This document shows positions 58,781-64,000 of a stretch of DNA of 64,000 nt, piece after piece. The translations under genes were made by a program, and so were the position numbers. The DNA is from Planctomycetota bacterium. GTDB lineage: Bacteria > Planctomycetota > UBA1135 > UBA2386. The notes beneath the pieces were generated by a model. It had not been told where the DNA came from. It ran no database searches and saw only the letters and a program-made list of their open reading frames with translations. Within the stretch, counting starts at the first letter, position 1. Each line of letters opens with the position of its first letter. The stretch is taken from NCBI GenBank assembly GCA_965223545.1, contig OZ245006.1, forward strand, positions 7,872,001-7,936,000, read 5' to 3'.

Positions 58781-60337
58781 TCAGCGCGGATAGCGATCGC
58801 CAGCCGCGGCGCCGCGCAGCTGGAACCGCTGGATCTTGCCGGTCGCTGTCTTCGGCAGCTCGGCGGTGAACTCGATCCACCGCGGCCGCTTGTAGGCGGC
58901 GATGTCGGTGGCGCAGTGCTGGATCAGCGCGTCGGCGAGCGCGGCACCCGGCTCGTGGCCTTCGGCCGCGACCACGTACGCCAGCGGCTTGACCAGATCG
59001 TCTCGGTCGGCCTGACCGACGACCGCGCACTCGACGACGGCCGGGTGGCGGATCAGCGCGGCCTCGACCTCGACCGGCGAGACCCAGATGCCGCCGACCT
59101 TGAGCATGTCGTCGCTGCGGCCGCGGTGCCAGTAGTAGCCGTCCTCGTCGATTTGGTACTTGTCGCCGGTGATCAGCCACTCGCCGCGGAAAGTCCTCTG
59201 GCTCTTCTCGTACTGCCGTAGGTAGCTCAACGCCGCGGTCTCGCCCTTGACCCACAGGTTGCCGACCTCGCCCGCCGGCACATCGTGGCCGTCGTCATCG
59301 ACCAGGCGCAGCTGGTAGCCCTCGAACGGCTTGCCGCTGCTGCCGTAGCGAATGTCGTTCGGTCGGTTGGACAAGAAGATGTGGTAGTTCTCGGTCGAGC
59401 CGATGCCGTCGACGATGTCGAGGCCGGTGCGCTCCTTCCACTGCTCGCCGATCGCCGCCGGCAGCGCCTCGCCGGCGCTGACACACAGCCGCAGGCTGCT
59501 CAGGTCGTAGCGCTCACGGAGGTCCTCCTGCGCCAACGCCATCGCGTAGCCGGTCGGCGCGTTGTAGAGGATCGTCGGCGAGAACCGCGCCACGGTGCCC
59601 ATGACGTTGTCGACGACGCGCGGCGAGCCGGCCAGCAGCACCGCGCTGGCGCCGACGTAGAACGGAAAGATCAGGTTGCCGCCGGTGCCGAAGGTGAAGA
59701 ACAGCTTGGCGGCGGCGAAGGTGCGGTCGTCCTCGCGCATGCCGAGCACGTTGACGCCCCACAGCTGCGCGGTCAGCGGCAGATCCTTGTGCGCGTGCGG
59801 GATGCCCTTGGCCTCGCCGGTGGTGCCGCTCGAGTAGTTGAGGCAGCAGATGTCCTCGCGGTGTGTGCGCGCCGCCTCGAGCTGAGGCGACGCCTGCGCC
59901 AGCCGCGCGCGGAAGTCGTCGGAGTCCAGCGCGAGCGCGTGCTGCAGGTCGGCCAACCGGTCGCGGATGGCGGCGACGGTGTCGGCGAAGGCAGCGTGGT
60001 GCAGCAGCACGACGGCGCGGCTGTCCGCCAGCATCAGCTGCAGATCGCGCCCGGTCAGCAGGGTGTTGAGGCTCAGGGCGATGGCGCCGATCTTGATCGT
60101 CGCGAAGTAGGCGGCGACCCACTCGATCGAGTCGTTGGCCAGGATCGCCACGGTGTCGCCCGGGCGGATGCCGAGAGCGATCAACGCGTTGCCGGTGCGG
60201 TTGACCTCGTCGCCGAGCTCGGCGTAGGTGACCTGTCGCTCGGCGCTCAGCAGGGCGACCTTGTCGGCGCGCCGGCTGAGATTGTGCTCGAGGATGGCGA
60301 CGGCGTTGTACTGCAGCGGCAGGTCACTGGCCTTCAT
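58781..60337 (-). CDS. benzoate-CoA ligase family AMP-forming ligase
   Basis: YSSGTTGEAKG, AAKLFFTFG, SAGEALP, DGIGSTE.HIFLSN, GRSDDMLKVGGIWVSP, PKTATGKIQRF. Confidence 0.92.
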   Translation of the reverse strand: MKASDLPLQYNAVAILEHNLSRRADKVALLSAERQVTYAELGDEVNRTGNALIALGIRPGDTVAILANDSIEWVAAYFATIKIGAIALSLNTLLTGRDLQLMLADSRAVVLLHHAAFADTVAAIRDRLADLQHALALDSDDFRARLAQASPQLEAARTHREDICCLNYSSGTTGEAKGIPHAHKDLPLTAQLWGVNVLGMREDDRTFAAAKLFFTFGTGGNLIFPFYVGASAVLLAGSPRVVDNVMGTVARFSPTILYNAPTGYAMALAQEDLRERYDLSSLRLCVSAGEALPAAIGEQWKERTGLDIVDGIGSTENYHIFLSNRPNDIRYGSSGKPFEGYQLRLVDDDGHDVPAGEVGNLWVKGETAALSYLRQYEKSQRTFRGEWLITGDKYQIDEDGYYWHRGRSDDMLKVGGIWVSPVEVEAALIRHPAVVECAVVGQADRDDLVKPLAYVVAAEGHEPGAALADALIQHCATDIAAYKRPRWIEFTAELPKTATGKIQRFQLRGAAAGDRYPR

Positions 60338-60385
60338 GACCGGCAAAGTTACGCGGCCCCGCGCGGGGCGACAAGACAACCGGCC

Positions 60386-61693
60386 TCAGTCGCCGATCCC
60401 GTCGCTGGCGGCCTGCTGCAGCGCGCGGCAGAAGCGATCGAGCTCGGCGAGCGTCGTGTGCACGCTGGGGCTGACGCGGATGCCCTCGAAGTGCTCGGTG
60501 CGGATCGCGGTCACCAAGATGCGGTGTCGTCGCAGCAGCCAGCCAGCCACGCGTCGCGACGGCACGCCGTCGAGCTGCACGGTGGCGATCGCGCCAGCGC
60601 GGCCGGGGGCGCGGTCGGTGTGCACGGTGAACCGTCCCGGTGCGGCGTCGATGACCCGCTGCAACCAGTACTCACGCAGGTACACCAGGCGCTCCAGCTT
60701 GCGCGCAGCGCCCAGGCTGCGGTGGAACATCAGCGCTTCGGCAATCGCCAGCCGGTCGGCCACCGGGTGCGTGCCGACCTGCTCGAACTTGCGGATGTCG
60801 TCGTCGAGGACGGCGTCCGCCGCCATCAGCGGCCACAAATCGGTGATGCGATCGCGCGCTACGTAGAGCAGGCCCGTGCCGTGTGGGGCAAACAGCCACT
60901 TGTGCAGGCTGGCGCCGTAGTAGTCACAGCCGAGGTCTGCGATCTTGAAGTCGAGGTGCGCGAAGGCGTGCGCTCCGTCGACGATGCACGGCACACCGCG
61001 CTGCCGCGCGGCGGCGACGATGCGCGCCACCGGCAGCACTTGGCCGGTGGTGTAGAGCACGTGTGAGCACAGCAGCAGCGCCGGCTCGTGGGCGTCCATT
61101 TGTTGTTCGAAGGCGTCGACGACCGCATCGTCATCGGTGCACGGATGCGGCAGCGGCATCTTCACGAACCCCAGCTCCTCGCGCCGCTCCCGTTGGGCGA
61201 ACGTCGCCAGCATCCGCGGGTAGTCCTGATCGGTGGTCAGCACGGTCGCGCCGCGCGGCAGGTCGATGCCCTGCTGGCAGATCTGCAGGCTCTCGGACGC
61301 GTTGCGCGTGATCGCCAGCTCCTCCGGCGTCACGCCGAGCTGATGCGCCAGGCCGCGGCGCACGGCCTCGACCTGGGGCTCGAGGACGCGCCACATGTTG
61401 TGCGCCGGCGCCTGGTGAGAAAACTGCAAGTGCCGGCGCTGCGCATCCTGGACCACGGCGGGGGCCGGGCACACCCCGCCGTTGTTGAGGTTGAGCAGGC
61501 TGCGGTCGACGGCGAACGCGCGCGCGATAGCGGCCCAGAAGTCCTCGTCGGCGGCCACCGCGGCGGGCGCGCGCCGGTCGGCGGCACAGGTCGCCAGCGC
61601 GCTCGCCAGGGCATGACTGCGCAGCCGCGGCGCGGGCCAGCCGACGGCGGGTACCGAAAGCGCGCTGGTCAAGAACTCGCGGCGATCGGGCAC
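60386..61693 (-). CDS. class V PLP aminotransferase (isopenicillin N epimerase-like) with Tat signal
   Basis: DRREFL twin-arginine motif; LNNGGVCP, TRNASE, VDGAHAF, SLHKWLFAP.GTG. Confidence 0.88.
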   Translation of the reverse strand: MPDRREFLTSALSVPAVGWPAPRLRSHALASALATCAADRRAPAAVAADEDFWAAIARAFAVDRSLLNLNNGGVCPAPAVVQDAQRRHLQFSHQAPAHNMWRVLEPQVEAVRRGLAHQLGVTPEELAITRNASESLQICQQGIDLPRGATVLTTDQDYPRMLATFAQRERREELGFVKMPLPHPCTDDDAVVDAFEQQMDAHEPALLLCSHVLYTTGQVLPVARIVAAARQRGVPCIVDGAHAFAHLDFKIADLGCDYYGASLHKWLFAPHGTGLLYVARDRITDLWPLMAADAVLDDDIRKFEQVGTHPVADRLAIAEALMFHRSLGAARKLERLVYLREYWLQRVIDAAPGRFTVHTDRAPGRAGAIATVQLDGVPSRRVAGWLLRRHRILVTAIRTEHFEGIRVSPSVHTTLAELDRFCRALQQAASDGIGD

Positions 61694-61769
61694 CCCGCCA
61701 TGGTAACGGCCTGCGGTCGCCGTGCGCCGGCGTTTGCCGCGGCGCCGGTGATCGGCCATCGTGGGCGCC

Positions 61770-63044
61770 ATGAACGCCTACCGTCGCGGCGCCATCGGCT
61801 TCGCGTTGTCCGTGCTCTCCTGTGGCAACGCTGCCGCGCAGGCCGGCCCGATGCTGCTCGTCGGCGCCCGCGTCCTGGCCGAGGACGCCGCCTCTTGGCG
61901 CGGGGACGTGGTCGTCCGCGTCGAGGGGGGTCGCATCGCCGCGGTCGGCGACCGCGCTGCGGTGTCGGCGGAGGGCGCCGAGGTGCTCGATGTGAGCGGT
62001 CGCTATCTGATCCCCGGGTTGATCGACCTGCACACCCACTTGCTGCTGCACCCGTACGACGAGACCCCGTGGACCGACCAAGTGCTGCGCGAGTCACTCG
62101 AGGCGCGCACGATCCGCGGCACCGTCGCGGCGCGGCGCACGGTCGAGGCCGGCTTCACCACCGTGCGCGACCTCGGCACCGAGGGCGCGGGCTTCGCCGA
62201 CGTCGCGCTGCGCGACGCGGTCGCCGCGGGCACCATCGTCGGTCCGCGGATCTTCGCCGTCACCCGCGCGCTGGTCGCCACCGGTTGCTACGGCCCGTCG
62301 GGGTTCGATCCGCGCTGGGTGATGCCGGTCGGTGCCCAAGTGGCCGACGGCGCCGACGGCGTGCGGGTCGCCGTGCGCCAGCAGATCGCGGCCGGCGCGG
62401 ATTGGATCAAGATCTATGCCGACTACCGCCGCCGCCCGGGGATGCCGGCGACGCCGACCTTCAGCGACGCGGAGATCGCGGCAGCGGTCGATGAGGCGCG
62501 CAGCGCCGGGTTGCGCGTCGCCGCCCACGCGGTGACCAACGCCGCGATGCAGCGCTGTGTCTTGGCCGGTGTCCACACCATCGAGCACGGCTACGAGGCT
62601 TCGGCCAAGACGCTGCAGCTGATGGCCGAGCGGGGCGTGGCACTGTGTCCCACGCTGACTGCTTCGGAGTCGATCGCGCGCTACTCGGGCTGGCAGGACG
62701 GTGAGCCGGAGCACCCCCGCGTGCGCACCGCGCGCGAGATGTTCGCGCGGGCGTTGGCCGCCGGCGTCACCATCGCCAATGGCAGCGATGTCGGCGTGTT
62801 CGCGCACGGCGACAACAGCCGCGAGCTCGAGCTCATGGTGGAGTATGGCATGCGGCCCCAGCAGGCTCTGGCGGCGGCGACGGTGGTCGCCGCCGGGGTG
62901 CTCGGTGCCGATCATCTCGGCGTGATCCGCGCCGGCGCGGCGGCCGACCTCGTGGTCTTGGCCGGTGACCCGCTCAGCGACGTCGACGCGTCGCGCGCGC
63001 CTGACCTGGTGATCGCGCGCGGCGCAGCGGTCTACGTCAAGTAG
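61770..63044 (+). CDS. secreted amidohydrolase (Xaa-Pro dipeptidase-like)
   Basis: [47 protein letters not shown]. Confidence 0.9.
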   Translation: MNAYRRGAIGFALSVLSCGNAAAQAGPMLLVGARVLAEDAASWRGDVVVRVEGGRIAAVGDRAAVSAEGAEVLDVSGRYLIPGLIDLHTHLLLHPYDETPWTDQVLRESLEARTIRGTVAARRTVEAGFTTVRDLGTEGAGFADVALRDAVAAGTIVGPRIFAVTRALVATGCYGPSGFDPRWVMPVGAQVADGADGVRVAVRQQIAAGADWIKIYADYRRRPGMPATPTFSDAEIAAAVDEARSAGLRVAAHAVTNAAMQRCVLAGVHTIEHGYEASAKTLQLMAERGVALCPTLTASESIARYSGWQDGEPEHPRVRTAREMFARALAAGVTIANGSDVGVFAHGDNSRELELMVEYGMRPQQALAAATVVAAGVLGADHLGVIRAGAAADLVVLAGDPLSDVDASRAPDLVIARGAAVYVK

Positions 63045-63092
63045 GCAGAAAAGCGGGGTTTCCGCGACGCGGCGGCCCACACGGGGACCGCC

Positions 63093-64000
63093 ATGGCGGC
63101 GGACACGCGGCGCGGGGTGGTCGTGCTGTTCGGCGGCGCCCGCGCGTTGACCGGGGCCATGCTCGACGAGACCTGGGAGTGGGATGGCGCCACGTGGCGC
63201 TTGATTCCGACCGCCCCCGGGCCCGGACCGGTGGCGCGGAGCGGCCACGCCATGGCGTACGACGCGCGCCGGGGGCGAGTCGTGCTGTTCGGCGGGGTCG
63301 ACCGCGGCGGTCGCTTGCTGGGGGATACCTGGGAGTGGGATGGCGCGCGCTGGATCGCGATGGCCCCGGCCGCGAGTCTGTCGGCGCGCAATGGGGCAGT
63401 GATGACGTTCGACCGCGCGCGCAACCGGGTTCTGCTGTTCGGTGGCCGCGGTGGACCGCTCGCGCTCGGCGATTTCTGGGCGTGGGACGGCGCCCAGTGG
63501 CTCCCGCTGGCATCGGGGCCGCCGGGGCGCCGGTTGGCCGCGTTCGCTTACGACGGTGTCCGCGGTCGAGCGGTGTTGTTCGGCGGTTTCGATGGTTTCC
63601 GGCAGCTCGATGATCTGTGGGAGTGGGACGGAGTGCAATGGAGCAACCCGCGCCCTGCGTTCGCGCCTCCGGCGGTCGGGGGCGCGGGCATGTGCGAGTA
63701 TCCGGCGCGCGGCAGCGTGGTGTTGCCACAGGTCGCCGATCGCATCTGGGAATGGGATGGCACCGGCTGGCGCGCCCATGCGAACTACCGCTCGCAGGTG
63801 CCGCCGGGGCCGACGGTCTTCGACCCCGCGCGCGCGGCGACGTTGACGTTTTCGACGCGGCAGATCTGGGCTTGGGACGGAACCGTGTTCGGCGAACTGC
63901 AACCCACAGGTCCGGCGCCGGAGGGCGATCTCCGGCTGGTCGATGACGATCGGCGCGGCGTCGTGGTGGCGGTGACCAATGACGATCCGTATCTCGGGAC
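63093..64000 (+). CDS. Kelch-repeat protein, 3'-partial (absent from ORF track)
   Basis: Frame open to window end; repeats VVLFGG...ETWEWDG.TW, RSGHAMAYD..RGRVVLFGG...DTWEWDG, DLWEWDG. Confidence 0.85.
   Translation, partial: MAADTRRGVVVLFGGARALTGAMLDETWEWDGATWRLIPTAPGPGPVARSGHAMAYDARRGRVVLFGGVDRGGRLLGDTWEWDGARWIAMAPAASLSARNGAVMTFDRARNRVLLFGGRGGPLALGDFWAWDGAQWLPLASGPPGRRLAAFAYDGVRGRAVLFGGFDGFRQLDDLWEWDGVQWSNPRPAFAPPAVGGAGMCEYPARGSVVLPQVADRIWEWDGTGWRAHANYRSQVPPGPTVFDPARAATLTFSTRQIWAWDGTVFGELQPTGPAPEGDLRLVDDDRRGVVVAVTNDDPYLG

Noticed and set aside
1..64000. CRISPR array, cas genes, rRNA, prophage structural genes
   Set aside because: No regularly spaced repeats or diagnostic motifs seen by eye; Kelch, FG-GAP and PQQ repeats are protein-coding

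Overview
Very GC-rich bacterial chromosomal segment. Planctomycetota-like by inference (tandem PQQ-type propellers, coaE-rho order, TatC loop insertion, secreted proteins sharing a C-terminal module); not verified. It holds about 50 genes: housekeeping (nhaA frameshifted by a 7-bp duplication, cdd, surE, rho, coaE, tatC, cinA, two tRNA-Gln), many secreted hydrolases and propellers, an orphan radical SAM/SPASM + gamma-glutamylcyclotransferase pair, a GcvT + two phytoene-dehydrogenase-like operon converging on a plant-type choline monooxygenase-like Rieske gene, a split MacB-type ABC system with a metal-binding protein, and c-di-GMP genes. The accessory zone after tRNA-Gln(TTG) has a ~1.6 kb integrase-less islet bounded by a 29-bp att repeat and a nested insertion (IS66 in an ISKra4-type IS in a DHFR-family gene, both with 8-bp TSDs). 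Best hidden signal: a lipoprotein thioredoxin missed by the ORF track, with an in-frame TGA at the catalytic Cys (WULFC) followed by a SECIS-like hairpin, i.e. a probable exported selenoprotein. Also notable are a Rho with a degenerate Walker A behind a C-rich leader and a recurrent C-terminal domain in secreted proteins. No CRISPR array or rRNA seen. All calls are from reading motifs by eye; no database searches were run.
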